Shown here: in pieces, positions 11,721 to 25,350 of the stretch
Numbering within the stretch: position 1 is the first letter of the stretch
How the letters are laid out: the number at the start of each line of letters is the position of its first letter
NCBI GenBank assembly: GCA_030704615.1
Contig: CM060734.1
Span: forward strand, 31,806,001-31,870,000
Reading direction: 5' to 3'
Length of the DNA stretch: 64,000 nt
Source of the DNA: Takakia lepidozioides
Lineage: Eukaryota; Plantae; Bryophyta
Made by a program: the position numbers and the translations under genes
Notes under the pieces: generated by a model
The model's database searches: none
The model's input: the letters and a program-made list of their open reading frames with translations, nothing else
Told to the model about the DNA's origin: nothing

Positions 11721-12477
11721 GGTTCGATTGCGTGGATTTGTCCTTCACTATTTCAGTGTATATGACTCATGGCTCGAATCAGCATTTTAATTTTTAAATT
11801 TTCTCTCCAATTATCCCAACTAAAATTCAATGCTAACACTAGGGCAAATACATTGATGGTCAGTAATGATTTCGCCTTGGAATTTTTTGGCTGTCAGAAA
11901 AAAAAACAGCTCTTGCACAACCCATGGGGTCACTTCACCCTGAAAGGCCACGACTTCCTTTCGCCAATGCTTGAATCAGGGAGAAGTTTCCTAAACAACA
12001 TTCATAATCCAAAATTGCTTGATGAATCCAAAACAAAAGCAAATTTTTATGCAACTTTGTTGTTTTTAAAAACAAAATCTAAAGGAAAACACCTGGGAGC
12101 GACAGCTCACAAATCAGGCCCCTTGATAGTGAGAGGAGAAAAACTTTATTTTTAAAACAGGAAAATGGGAGGAAGCCCTTGAGAGCTTTATTGGGATTAT
12201 TGAAGGGAAAAAATGTAATATACCTTTTAATAAAACTTGAACATTCACAATCCAAAATTGCATCATGTTTCAGAACACAATGCAGTCCATCTTTTCATAA
12301 GACTTGAATAGACCCCATCAGCAAATTAACAATTCATCCCGTGCCGTGGGGACGACCCACCCTTTTTTGTACCAATTGAACGTAGTTCTCAGAATTCGTC
12401 GCTAGTAGTGTGGAGCAACGCGAACCCCTAGTGTTGTGAGTCTACAGCAAACACTTGTCTCTATTATAAGAGAAAAG

Positions 12478-12630
12478 TTGTAGCCCAATGGTAATGGACA
12501 CATACCACCTCAGAAGTGGTTGTGGGTTCAATCCACCGATTGGTGTCACAAAGGTGTCCACCTTCTAACGGAAAGCAGTAACCCTTCAGGGTAATTTACA
12601 CTTCCTTCAAGAGGCATCACATATTAATTA
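12478..12630 (+). mobile_element. tRNA-derived SINE
   Basis: A-box tagcccaatgg (12481) and B-box ggttcaatcc (12525). A 10-bp direct repeat aagagaaaag at 12468-12477 and 12631-12640 fits a TSD. Confidence 0.7.
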
Positions 12631-13175
12631 AAGAGAAAAGAGAGAAGATTGATCTGGCTGAAATTGACGTAATTAAGAGCCACTACAGCTTCCGACTATC
12701 TTGTGTTCAGTTATAGTTAATTGGACTAGTCTTCAACTATTTGTGCTATTAACATGTATTTATATTATTTTTTTGTTGGGACTTCATTCGGTCCTAATCT
12801 TATCCCGACGTTGTGGTTTGAGCCTCCATAGCTCAAGCTCTTGAGAGGGTGTGTGAGGTCAATAAGGTGAATTCCCCCCAATACAGTGTCTTTGGTTTGA
12901 CTTACATAGAGTTGTATTACCACTTGGAACTTGAACTACATGAGGGTCACCTCACTTCGTTAAAGTCTGATGGGGCATCTTAGGCAATAAAGCAGCAGAC
13001 CAGATCCTAGCACAAAAGGGCGCATCTAATCCTCAGATTGACCTAACACCTACTCGCATATACTTACACGGGAATAGGCATCTAGTGTGGCACCAACCAC
13101 TTCACTGAACAGAAGCAAGTGAATGCTAAGGGAAGTTGGGAGGTTGCTTAATGGGAAGTTGGAAATTATACGTAC

Positions 13176-13679
13176 CTGAAGGGCAAGGAACCATTCAGCC
13201 CGTGTCTCGGCAAATATGCCAACTCTCTCTCTTTTCTGATGACCAATGGCAACGAGCCCTGATGCAAAGTTCAATACGCGTTGAAACGCCTGACCATAGC
13301 TGATCCACGCATAGTTACCAAGCGTCACCTTCTCCAGAGTCCGGCCATCCTCAGTTACTGTCTCCTGACTTATAAGTTTCCTTGTCCCCAGCAAGCGCCT
13401 CCCAGAGTATCGCATACATGCCTGCTCAAAGAGGATCGCCAAGGAGTTGACCCCTTCCCATGGAGTTTCCACAGGACTCAGAAACCGATGATTCCGTTTT
13501 GTCAGCCCCTTTTCACCTCCCACCTCCACGGTAATACCCTGCTGCTGAGGACTCTTTGTCTTTCTGACTCGGATAAAAGTGAGAAGCACTACAGGTACAA
13601 GACCAACTAAAAGAGCAGCCATCACTGAACTCGTGCTGTCAGAGACGCCCCCAACCGGCAGTGGCCCAGGATCTGCCAT
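13176..13679 (-). pseudogene. LACS: Long-chain acyl-CoA synthetase (LACS8/9-type) coding exon 1, inverted relative to most of the gene
   Basis: MADPG...LLVGLVPVVLLTF...VEVGGEKG...RNHRF...LGTRKLIS...FASGLVAIGH...IFAETRAEWFLALQ|gtacgt. The 168 codons are open and end in phase 0, matching exon 2 at 25523 (+). A probable 5'UTR intron runs from a donor at 14545 to an acceptor at 13729. Confidence 0.9.
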
Positions 13680-15904
13680 CTGAAGACCTCGGAAGTGCTC
13701 ACAGGTTCTAAGTGGGTCAGAGTGTTGTCTGCAGAGACGCATGCATGGATCATCAGTGACAAAACTTGCATAGTCTGCCCGAGAGTTAATTTACATCTAG
13801 CTCTCCTTCCATGGAAGCCTTAGAAACCAGGCTCCAACAGTAACAACTACAAGATTACTTGACTCAGAAGTAAGGAATCTGCAAGTGATCCGGACGAGTG
13901 GCCTCGTTTCAGGATCGTTGTTAGGTGATGAATCGGGAAGCAATGTGAACGTTGCCATCAGAATGACATCGAAACAAGAAAGAACAATCGAATGTATGTG
14001 GGCTGGCGAAAACTAGGATGATTCTTCGCTGAACCCAGGGGTTGTCACAAATCTATCATTGTGGGTGAAAAGTCATTATTGCTTTGATCTAGACATTTGT
14101 AAGTATTGACAGTATGATTGTTCAGCATTGCATCAACCTGTCCAGAACATTTGTTGATATAGTATATGAGGACGATACTTGAAACAGGCGACAGGGGCAG
14201 AAGAAGATACTGCAAATCCAAATGAGAGCAACAACCCTTTTGTTTGTTAATTTCAACCAAACCTTCACCCGCTGCAGATCTGTGGAGGATGTACATAGAC
14301 AGAAAAGCCACGAAGAATAACTAACGCATGCTTTCTCAATGTGTTCTCTCGCAATTCCTTAAATCCTTGTGCATTAATCTATTACACTGGTTTAGCTGTA
14401 CATACAAAATTCCAGACAAAAGCCTCCCAATCGATTTAGCAGCTTTCTAGAGAACTACATTTCATTCTATTCCAAGAAACCGTGCATGCACACAAAGTCA
14501 ACTAGAACCACTGTGCAACCACCAACGCCACAGTCACTCACGTACCTGACTTACAAGTGAGATTTTGCCATTCCACGTCAAAACACAAGTGATACAGCCG
14601 CCTGCCGCCTCTTTGACTGCAGTAACAACCCGCATAGGAATTCGTGTCTACAGTTTGAGCACAACCCGCAACGAGCAGCCCCTTGCCAACTCCGATGGCC
14701 TGCGGATATATCGGCAAAGATTGGCACACCACTGGTCCGATTTGCCTGCGGCAACTTTAAACGACCAGTTGCCATCTGTGCATCTCTGACGGGCACTCTT
14801 GACTCCACGCCGACGGAGCCCATCACATGCACACTGCGCCGTCTAATAAGAATGTGAGAATGCGAAGGGATCGCACTCTGGGCATCCTCGAGTCTTGGAA
14901 GTTATAAATACATGAATAAATCTCGATCGTGATCTTTCCGAGATCTTGGATCTTATAAATTTGGACACTGGAAGTTACATAGTTATGGGGATGCCGATTC
15001 GCAGCCTCTATCTACGACGGCCCCCTCTCTTCCCAGCGAGATTCCTGGTTCTCATTTGGGGAGGGAAGGTCGGCAGCCCCGGAACAGAAGCGGGGCATAG
15101 GGAAGAAAGAGATGAGTCGCAGGCAAAGCGCAAGTAAGAGGCAGTTAAGAGGCACGTTGACAGTGCGGCTGCTGCACCGTGTGGGGCTGTATTGTATCCG
15201 CATGTGCATTCTATCCGGTGGCGAGAACAAGGAGGTGGCAGGCTTCCAAAAGTGGTCAGCTTAAGTGATATGAGAGGTAAGGGTTCACAATGCCAAAATT
15301 TGGCTACTCATATTCGACTACTACTCGTGCTTTTTCGTGAATTTTCCCGATTTTGTACCCCATAATTCCTTTGTACAAATAGCTCACCCATTTCTGACGT
15401 CAAAATCTAGCAGTTTTTAAGGAATTTTCATATTTAACAGAAATAAGTTCTTGAGTACAAAAATGTGGACGTGTTGCCGCCCGCCGAAGCAAATGTAAAT
15501 TATGGTGCCTCTTGATCCCAAAGGGCCCGGTAGGCTACTAAAGAAGAGTGCCTAGGTGGTAACTGGTAACCATATGTCTGATAGTCGCAATGACGAATCT
15601 GTATGGGTAATGTATTTGTGAGGAAAGGGTTGATATATAGATATTGAGAAGACTCAAATATAGGTGAGCTTAAAAATAATTCATAACTCAACCAAAAAAG
15701 AGATCCACACATTTGTATTTGTTTTTTTTTAATAAGAGGGTTAATGGAACAGGGGATAGAGGCCCCACATATTGTTTTTGCCAAACTGGATAATATCAGA
15801 TTGATCTTTATATGATTTTAAGTGCACCGGTCAAGTTGAAGTCTTCTTTTTTTTTTTTTTTTTTTCGCGGAACAAGTCTTTAGAAGTCAAACATGATCTT
15901 TGCT

Positions 15905-18900
15905 ACTTTCTTTTCTTTTTTCTTTTTTTTAACATTTATATAAACAGGGGAGGAAGCCCTGTAAATCATATTAATAAAGGATGTCCTGGAAAAAATAACC
16001 AGGACAGAAGGCCATAAGGCATACATCTTGTAAGATTGGGTAACACCCTAACAGGCCACCAAGGGCAAGCTTTGCTACCACCCTGAAGCCCTGAAGATCA
16101 GGAAGCCATGCTCCAGGGAGTTTAAAAGGTTCCTATGCAAGCAGAAAAACAGGCCAACCCCAGCCAAAAAGAAAAGGCCCTGTTGGCAAGAGGATTGCCA
16201 GAAAAACCATGCGAGATCTTGGTTTTCCAGCCACAAAGAAGAAATGTCAGTGCCTAGTGTTGCCGGGCTCAAAGTCTAAATGCGCCCTCACATTGGAAAC
16301 CCGATGTTTTTGGTGATGCCAGTTGATGTCCCTATCTTCAATCTCAGCGGGGGAGGCCCAATGGTTGGGGGAGTCACCAGTCGACTGGAGGTCTTGATGC
16401 CCAAGAGACTCCTTCACCCTATCTTTCACAAAGAAGTCCATTGTGCCCCCATTCGACATCAAATTGCGAGAGAAGGGCATCCCGCCGCTCCTCAGAACAT
16501 GTGCAAACTGTGATCAAAAGCCCCTCCCACAGTTTACGTCCCTCTACCAATAAGTCAAAAAAGATAGAGGCCAAGGAGGATTTTACACAAGTAGGTTTGA
16601 GATAAAAAATGAGAGCACATCTGGCCTTCCAAATATGCCAAGCCCCCGAAGCGCGACCCAAACTTGACAAGAGTGCCAGGAAGAAGAAGGGGAAGTATTG
16701 AGAAGAATTTAGAGAGGATCCCTTCGGTTAAAATCATGCCAGGAAACATACAAGGAATGAATTCTAGACCAAATGAAAGAGGCAAAGGGACAGGATATGA
16801 AACAGTGTAGGTAAGTCTCCACTTCCCCCAAAGTGCAAGATTTGCACAAGTTGTCAGGAGCCAATTGAGTGAAGGAAAGGGGAAGAATGTGATTGCAGAG
16901 CTTCCACAGGAAGCCTGATATCTTGGCAGCACGTTGTTTCTTCCAGACATCTACCCAAATGAGCTTCCAAGCTGATTGAGGGACTGAGATAGAAGCCCAT
17001 TTACCTGACAGCTTAACAGTAATTGGATAGGGGTTTTGAAGGATTTTATACCCCATCTTGGCACTGTAAGCAAAAAAGGGCTTGGGAGTATCCTGTACAC
17101 GCTAGCACCATTCCCCGGGATCCCACTGGAGATGGGCCAGGGGGGGTATTAAGAAACCAAAACACCGAGACTGCATGCCCCCATTGCAGTAAAGTTCCTG
17201 CCCCGTTGTACATTGGGTTAATTTCACCTGCAGAATCAATGATTCTAACCGCAAAGGTAGTGTCATACTAGCAAAATATAGAACCAACACACATGAGAGA
17301 ACCTTCTGAACTGGCAGCAAAACCAATGCCCGAAGCGACCTGACTTTGAGTCTCTGAAACATAAATGATACTGACAGGAATGCCCCCCAAGCAACCACGC
17401 CAGGCTGGGGGATTCCAATGATCTCGGCCAGGAGAAAGAAGAGAAGACCAGCGCAAGGTTATCGCATCATGAATGAAGGGTCAGCCCTTGGAGAGAGAGA
17501 TGGGGTGCAGAAAATCAGACCAGCGGTCAGAGGAGGACATACCCAAACCCTCCCAAACATCCTGTACCAAAGAAATCCTGGCCCTATCCCAATTAGCCCA
17601 CCGAGCAGAGCAAGAGGCCAGGACCTCACAATCCAGCTGGAGATTCCCAAAAATTGGCTGTCTAATGGCCTCATCCCAAGACCTGGGGGGTTTTTGATAG
17701 AGATATTCACGAAGACGCGTCCATGCCCTCCAAATGGCTTGCCAAGCCAAGGAGCCCACAGACTGCTTGGAATTTCGAGAACCCCCCTGCACCAACCAAC
17801 GGAAATTGGGGACCCAAGCCGGGCTAGAAGAAGGGATCGACTGCTGGATATTAAGCCACACCAAGAACTTCTAGGGGCCAACACCTGGCAAGAAGGCCCT
17901 AGGTATCCACTTACCTAGAAGAACTGTAATCTCATGATCCAGATCTAGGATACCTAGACCCCCCTCTTTTTTCTTTAAGCATAACTGGGACCAGGAGACC
18001 AAAGCACGCTTAGCAACCGAGGCATCAGAGGCCCCCCACAGAAAATTGCGAATCAAAGCTTTTATGGATTGGAGGATAGTAGGGCCAGGGTCTTACCTTA
18101 CTGGAGGCGGAGAAGAGGAGTATTTTAACCCAAGAAAGGAAATGAGAGTGTATGCCAGCACCCTGAATAGCCAAAAGAAGAAAACGCCAATTTATCCGAT
18201 CGAAAGCTTTTTCAAAATTTAGAAGGAGCAAGGCTAGAGGCTGATTGGAGGTTTCAGCATAATTCAGGGCCTCATTATCACATTGGATTGATGTCAAGAC
18301 GATATTACCATGGAGACTCCTCAAAAAGGAACACATTCTTAGATCCATCTTTTTTCTAACAAAACCAGATTGAGCAGGTCTAATGAGAGAAGGCAAAAGA
18401 AGTTGCAACCACCGGGCCAAGGTCTTAGCTATGATTTTGTATGTCACGTTTAACAAGGTGATCGGCCGATAATTCGCAATATCCTCCTTGTCCCCTTTCT
18501 TGAAAATTAAAGCTATGACCCTCTGTGACAACTGAGATGGCATGATCTTCTTGTCAAGAATGTCATTGGCCATTTCCAAGAAATCAGTTGAGATGGACTG
18601 CCATAATGCTTTAAAAAAACTCGGCTGGCATACCATCCAGCGCTGGGGATTTAAGATTTTTCAAAGAGTCCAAGGCATCCCCTAGTTCAAACTCCGTTAA
18701 AGGCTCGTTAAGGCCCGCCCCTTGCAGTGGAGAGAGAGTGACAGGAATCCTGCTGCAAACCGACGCTCTGGCCAGACTCATATCAATTGTCTCTGGGTCA
18801 GCGGTGTAAAGAGATCTAAGGAAATCTTCTGCAATAGAATTAAGGACCTTTGGATTAAGGGATTGAATGGACTGTGCAGCCCCCCGCTGCTTGGCTTTCA

Positions 18901-21900
18901 TAAAAAAATACCTACTCATCTTTTCACCTTGAGAGGACCCATTAATCCCTGCTTTTACTTTCATAAAAAGGTCTTTGGAAGATTGCAGCTGACTCAATCG
19001 ACATTTAGCCTCAGAAAAGGTGAGAAGGGTTTGAGGACCCTGTCGATTCCTTTCCAACTTTTTTTGGCAAACCGTAAGACATTTTAATCAGTGCCATCTC
19101 ATATCTGTTGTTTTGGACTGCCAATTCCCTGGCTAGAGAGATGCAAAACTACGACACGCTTGGAGCTTATTCAAAAACCTAAAGGTGGGGGAAGAATAGA
19201 GACCGGAAGAACTAGCCCAACAAACCTGAATGGCCTCCAAGATGCTAGGGATCTTTAAAATACCTATATTAATCTTAGTGAAGCCTCTACCCCTAGCCTT
19301 CATACCAGGCGTGACCACCTTGGCCCTGACCTCGGCGTGGTCGAACTCAGATAGGATAGGGCCCATGGGGAGATAATGAAACCAAGAGGAGATAGAAGCG
19401 GAGAAGTAGAATCGGTCGAGCCTCGCCATGCAAAGACCCGACGGGGCCCGATTGTTGGACCAGGAAAAAGCGGGAGAGAGGGGGAAAGAATAATTGTCTG
19501 CAAGACCACCCGAGAGTATGAGTGCTTCCCATTCATGAAGTTCAGAGATAGAGAGCACAGAGGAATCCTGGCCTAACCTATCTGAATAGGCTTCAACCAT
19601 GTTGAAGTCCCCTGCAAGGATCCAATGATCAACATGAGGCAAGGCCAAAATCCTGGATCTGATTAGGCACCAGAGCTGGGCTCTGTCTAGGGAAGAATTA
19701 TGAGCATAGACATTGATAATCCCAAGCATCCCAGCATGATTAGGAGTATTAATGAAAAGACATTGAACTCTACCCAAAACCCATGAATCAACTGAGGAGA
19801 CAGAAGGCAAAAGGGAGGAAGAGACTAGAAAAACGGAGCCTCCCCAGGAGCCTTCATAAGTTGGATTCCACCAAACTTGAGATTGGCCAGACTTGATTAC
19901 CAAGAGCAGAAACCTTGGAGGAATTAAGTTTATGTTCTTGTAGGAGGATTACAAAATTGGAGAGAGGAAGAGAGTCAAACCATCTTTTTAATCTATTCCT
20001 CTTAGGGGCAGCAGAATCAGAGCCCAAGCCCCTTATGTTCCATGAATGTAGAGAGAAATTCATGGGGGTCTATCATCTCGCAGGCTCAAGGGAAGCCCTT
20101 GAAGAGATGGCCTGGATTGGTTTGAGAACAAGAACTTCGTTCTTTTATCATGAAATGGAAGGGCAGCAACTCAGGAGAAAAGGGACGAGGTAATCAATCC
20201 AGGCAGCAGAAGCTGAACAAAACCCACCAACAGGGGCCCATTTCTTGCCTTTTTTATCTCAGAAAAGCAAAACTGCCTCCAATTCCGAGTTGAAAAAGAG
20301 AGGCTTAAGGACATCAAATGAAGGCCCAAAAGAATGGCCAAATCAAAGATAACAGTACGAGGGTTTTGAATATCAACATCAGACAGAGCTAGCGAGGGGA
20401 GTAGACGACCATTGCATGAAAAAACCAGAAGAAGACATCGCTGCTTGGACAGGGGAGCAGAGATGAAAAAGGGGACCAGCCTGTGACTCTCTGAAGCAGA
20501 TAAAGAAGCAGAGGTGGCAGATGTGATAACACCAAAGCAGACACTAGGTGTAGGGGGGAGAAAAGGGGGGGAGAAGATTACCAGAGGGGGGAAGTCAGTA
20601 GCCAAGAGAGGCTCCCGGGCCAAAGAACCCGCCGGAGTAGGTGGAAATTCCTGAAAAGGCCTCAGAAATGAATCAATATCACCTTGGGAGCTGCCCTCGA
20701 CAGGCTCCAATTCAATGAGTAGTTGCTTTCTTTTGTGCTTAACTTTTTTAGCTGCAATGGCCTTGATCAAAAGGCATCCAGCGTCAAGGGCCCGGGTGGC
20801 CAAAACCAACTTAGTGGGATCCATCAAGGCAGCAAAGTCCGCCGGTATGGAGGTTCCATTGTACCAGCAAACCCCTATGCTTTCTCCCTGTTTGGTGACT
20901 TCTCTATGATCAAGTGCCAACAACAAGTGCTGGACCGTGGAGAAGGTGGAATGCTTAATGTTGTGCACCAGGTAAGAGCCAAAATGCATAGAGCTCCCAG
21001 GGTTCAAAGCCAAATAGCCCAACTCAGCAGAAAATAAGGAATGGACTTTCTTAATGATAAGGTCGACAGTCTGGTCAGGGCCAGGAAATTCCAAGAAGTC
21101 ATCATGAGTAACCCAAGTTGTGGCCAAACCCAATGCAGGACCAGTGAGGAGAATCTGAGGGCACTCTGAGGCAGCCTGGAAAATAATAGGAGTAATTGAA
21201 ATAATCGCATTACACCTTTTAACGCCAGAGACTGGAGACCAAGGGGTCAGATGCAGGTTGCTGAAGGAACGAAGCCGCAAGCATCTAGAGGCCAGACTGT
21301 CATGGTAAATAGGCCCCGTAGACTCCCAGAATTGAGCAATAGAGAACACTACATGCAGAAGGGCTTTCTCCAGAAGGGCAACAGTACTGGACGAAGGCAA
21401 AAGATCCATCCAAGGGGACCGGATGGGACAAGGGGATTTGACAGGCGACTTGACTGGAGTTTTCTGTCTTTTGACAGATCGCGGAGAAAGAGCCGAAGGA
21501 GAGGAAGAAGACACTGCCATTTTATTAATGGCCAGCATTAGCAAAGGAGAGGATAAGGGAGGGATGAAAGGCTGCGGAGGGGGAGAGGGGGGAGCAACAG
21601 GAGCCACTGCAAGGATGCTGGCAACAGTAGCTGAAGCAATAGTATCATGTTTCCTTTTCAAAAAGGGACAATATACTTTGAAATGGCCAACCCCATTGCA
21701 TCCATGACAGACCATACAGAACTGTTCTTCAAAGACCGCCACGGTAATAAAAAGAGCAACCGGAGAGGGTAGCCAAATGACCTTAGGCACCAAAGCAGAC
21801 TCGGGCATCATTACCACAATTTTTGGGGCACTAATGTCACCAACTCTGCTAATATTTGAAAGAGAGCCCCATCCAGTCATCTCTGCAACCATGGAGTTTG

Positions 21901-23870
21901 AAGCCTCAGGATCAAACACACTAAGGCATCCCAGGTAATCCCTAAAGCGAGTTCCAATTTCCGGCAGAGAGGCAAGATATTGACAAGGCAAGTAAGGTAG
22001 GGAAATGATGCGAGGACGTCACATGACACCATTTTTGTGGCCCCAATCCTGGGACCATGGAAAGATATGAACCCTATGACTGGACATATGAGGGTTAAAG
22101 GAAAGAGCTCTAGTGGCAGCCGCCTGAGACTCAAACATAACTGAGAAGAAGCCACGACCCATGCATAGGGAGGCAAAACAACTGGCGCAGCTGACCCCCG
22201 CCTCCTAAATGCTCCTGTACCCATTCTCTAACCCAATCACGATCTTTGAGACGGCCTGGGAAATGAAGGAGGACTCCTTGCGACTGAAGCTTGGAAGTCT
22301 GACTTTGAACGGTCTCCATATTAATGGGATGTATCTGCTCGTCAGTGACTAGACGATATGCATGTTCAGGCCATAATTCCCCTTCAGCCGACACAGGGGG
22401 GGAGGCAACATTAAAGGGACCTTTTCCCAGTAGAGAGGGAAGAGAAGAGGTTGAGGCATCCCCAGAGGAGCCCGAGGGAAACCAGCCTCTTCCTCTTCCT
22501 TTTCCTCGCATTATGGGAAACTGTCCTTTGTGTCCCCTTCGTCCCATGGAGCTTCCACGGAAATGCATGGCAGAAAAAACGAAATCTATAGTCCACACTA
22601 CCCAAGAAGTGACGAAGGAGAAAAAGCCAAAGCAGATTGAGAAGAGCCTTTGAAGAAGCAAAAGAAAGCAGAGGTGACCAGCAAAATGAAAGGACCAGCA
22701 AATGAGAGGGCAATTGAGAACCCTGACTGCCACAATAAGGGTAAGAGAAAAATTTGTCCTATATCGAGAAGGTGCAACCAGCGAAGCCAGAAGAAGAGGC
22801 TTAAACCAAGCCTTATGAAGAAAACCCCGATGAACGATCCGAGGAAGAACAGAGAGGAAACCTAAACATGAACAAGAAACCAAGATAGAACAAGAAGAAC
22901 AGCCAAAACGAGCACTGAGACCTCTCCAAAGAGATTGGAAACACAAGCAGACTAAGAAGCGGGCAGGATTATAAATTTGACATCACCCGGAATAGCAAGA
23001 TGCGAAGGGGGAACGAAACTGCTACAGACGTCAAGTCATCAAAGAGATCCAAGAATTGCAGAAAAATTAATGCGATATCTCCTTTCTCCAGTAAGAGCTG
23101 CCATCTGCCCCAGCCATCATGCCCAAAGAGAACCACGCCACTGCCACCGCAACCTAGCAAGATCTAGGCAAGGAGAACAATCCCGTTGGAGTGAGTGAGC
23201 ACCCTTGAGCACTAAAGCAAAGCAGGAAATTGCAAAAAGAAAAGTATCCTACCCACTGAGAGACGGGGGACAAAAATGGTGACAGAGAGAGAACCAGAGG
23301 AGCAAGGAAAGCACGCTTGAATACTAATGTGGAGACTACAGCTAAGAGATTGAAATAAAATCGAGGAGCCAGGAAGGGGACCAAATTAAGATGCCAGAGA
23401 AAAGACAGGGAAGTACAGAAAGGAAAAGCTCGAGCTGAAAGCCTACTGAATCAAAAGTGACCAACGGAATGAGAAAATCGAAGTACACAAGCGGAACCTC
23501 TAAGAGAAAAAGTTGAAGAGGGGGTTGAACACAGCTGCGGGAACAAGCTGTCAATGCTACACGCAAAACGAGGCAAACAGAAACGAGAGCTGATCGGCAA
23601 GACAAGCCCTAGAAGCGAAATGCTGCCATAAGTGCCCAATTCGAAGGACCCTGAAAAAATGACGAGAGAGGAGACCGAGGAAAAAGCAGGATAATCATCT
23701 AAAAGCAGTGAAGAAGGACAATCAAAATCCCGTAAGAAAGAAGAGAATGCCAACAGCTAAAGGGACGAGGCACAAGCTACGAGACAGACTACCCACGACG
23801 AGCTTAACAACGAAAGCTAGAGGCTGGAAAAAACTAAGTCCCAACACTACACTACCGTGAAGTGCGGAGC
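15905..23870 (-). mobile_element. Near full-length plant L1-clade LINE, inactive
   Basis: Long pyrimidine-rich 5' region (~22570-23870). Disrupted ORF1 with CCHC knuckle CHGCNGVGHFKVYC (~21690). ORF2 starts at 20063: SWNIRGLG, LQEHKL, AGDFNMV, ARLDRFY, ANYRPITLLNVTYKIIAK, FEKAFDRINW, then zf-RVT CKSC..ETYLHCFISC. A-rich tail at ~15908-15930. Multiple frameshifts and stops; RT core deleted near 18080. Ends approximate. Confidence 0.93.
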
Positions 23871-24056
23871 CCTCACATCAGTTTTTTGTCAAAAAAATTC
23901 TAAGTCCTTCTGCTACTCTAGTATTTCTTACGCTTCAAATATTTCCCTTGTTCTTTGCGTGGGCTTATATTGGTGAATCCTAACTCGTTGGGACCTGGAG
24001 GGAACGCCCGCGCCAGGCTGGCGAGTGTGTTATGGGGCGCAAGGCCAGCGTTGCTC

Positions 24057-24170
24057 GGTAAAGAACCGGGGCGCGGGGGTTCACTAGTTTGCGCCCCCTA
24101 AGACTCGGGTTCCGCTCTCGTCTCTACAAGGGGCTTAAACTGGTGAACCCCCGCGCCCCGGTTCTTTACC
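24057..24170. repeat. 114-bp GC-rich foldback (MITE-like)
   Basis: ggtaaagaaccggggcgcgggggttcactagttt ... aaactggtgaacccccgcgccccggttctttacc; 34-bp arms with 1 mismatch; no clear TSD. Confidence 0.85.
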
Positions 24171-24859
24171 CTACACCAACAGATCTTCTATTAGAGAGAA
24201 AAAATAATAAAAATGAAGACTCTAACCAAAGTCGGCAAGTCGGCATAACTGAGAATCGTTTCACTTTTCCACTTTGCCCTTTTTTGGAGGTGGGCCTTAG
24301 TATTAACAGCGTTAGTAAGTAATCTGTGTAGTATTCTCTAGTTTTTGCTTATTGGTGAGAATGGCCGTTAGGAAGTAGATAACTGTGAGGTGCAGTTTTT
24401 TGGAACCAGGTGGTGAGAGACTTAGGTTGAAATAAGTTGTCTAAAGAGACAAGTATGGATTTGTGTAAATGGAGTGTATGGAGGCTTGTTCCAAATAGCG
24501 ATCATTGGCACCTTCAATGTAGGTATGCTAATACTTTGGTAGGTGTAAGGATTACGGTCGATATTGGATGGTGACTTCGGTTGGGATCAGATAGAGTTGG
24601 TATCTCGTGAGCAGAAAAGGCATGAGCGCAGCGTAAGCAGGAAAAAAAACGAATGTGAATCCAATCCAGAGAATGTGAATCCAATCCACAATTATAGGGA
24701 TAATATGCTTGCAAACGGAAATATAAGTCATAGGCAAACATATGATACTACTACGTTAATATGGTCAGTTACATGGTTCATGAGTATGTTTTAGCTAAAA
24801 CCCTCTGGACATATAGTAAAACACAAATATTTAACGGGAAAATACTATTTTTTAATAAT

Positions 24860-25350
24860 AAAATATTTATAAACAGCATAATTTCGCTAGCGAAATGCCA
24901 TATATTTCGACTTTGGAGAGTTTCGTTGGCGAAACAAACCCAAAACAAATTGAAAATCAAGAAGATAGTTTCGTTAGAGAAACTCATTGTGCTCACTTGA
25001 GCACAAATTTTGAACTAGTTTCACAATTTCGTTACGTGAGCGTATTTTCGTTTTGGTGTAGCTTGTTCTCAAGAGATTTCTAGAATATATGGAATATTTT
25101 AGTCTTCTGGGGTGAGCATGCTTGGGATGAAGAGGTTGGGTAGCGTGTGAGCAGGCTCACGCCAACCAGCGTGAGTACAGGGGCATATTCTGCATATTCC
25201 CCAAAAATCCAGAGAATATGTGATAGAAAAACCAAAAATGTGCTCACGCGGAAAAATAAAATAAAATGCGAAACTATCTGAAAACCGTGCTCACCGACAA
25301 AACTTATGAAATTAATCGTCCAAAGCTTAATTCACGTGAGCACAAAGACC
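24860..25350. repeat. AT-rich tract of short palindromes, probable DNA-transposon remnant
   Basis: tttcgctagcgaaa, tttcgttggcgaaa, tttcgttagagaaa, tgtgctcacttgagcaca, gtgagcaggctcac, tcacgtgagcac and other GTGAGC/GCTCAC copies. Confidence 0.5.

Larger units (their letters stand above)
9669..12432. mobile_element. 2.76-kb unit bounded by ~52-bp inverted repeats, each ending CTAG|T (two outward-facing Helitron-like 3' ends, or a TIR element)
   Basis: Left arm actagggcttcgcattgctccgcactactagcgacgacctctgagaa (9669-9715). Reverse complement of 12386-12432 is actaggggttcgcgttgctccacactactagcgacgaattctgagaa. Weaker similarity continues inward (gatgggccatactcaaggtttatgagagaga vs gatggggtctattcaagtcttatgaaaaga). 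Confidence 0.75.

Noticed and set aside
12478-12560. tRNA genes at 12478 and 36860
   Set aside because: A and B boxes are present but there is no cloverleaf; tails and flanking repeats indicate SINEs.
15840-23930. Target-site duplication for the long L1 (tgctact on both sides)
   Set aside because: Only a short imperfect match, and the element ends are not precisely defined.
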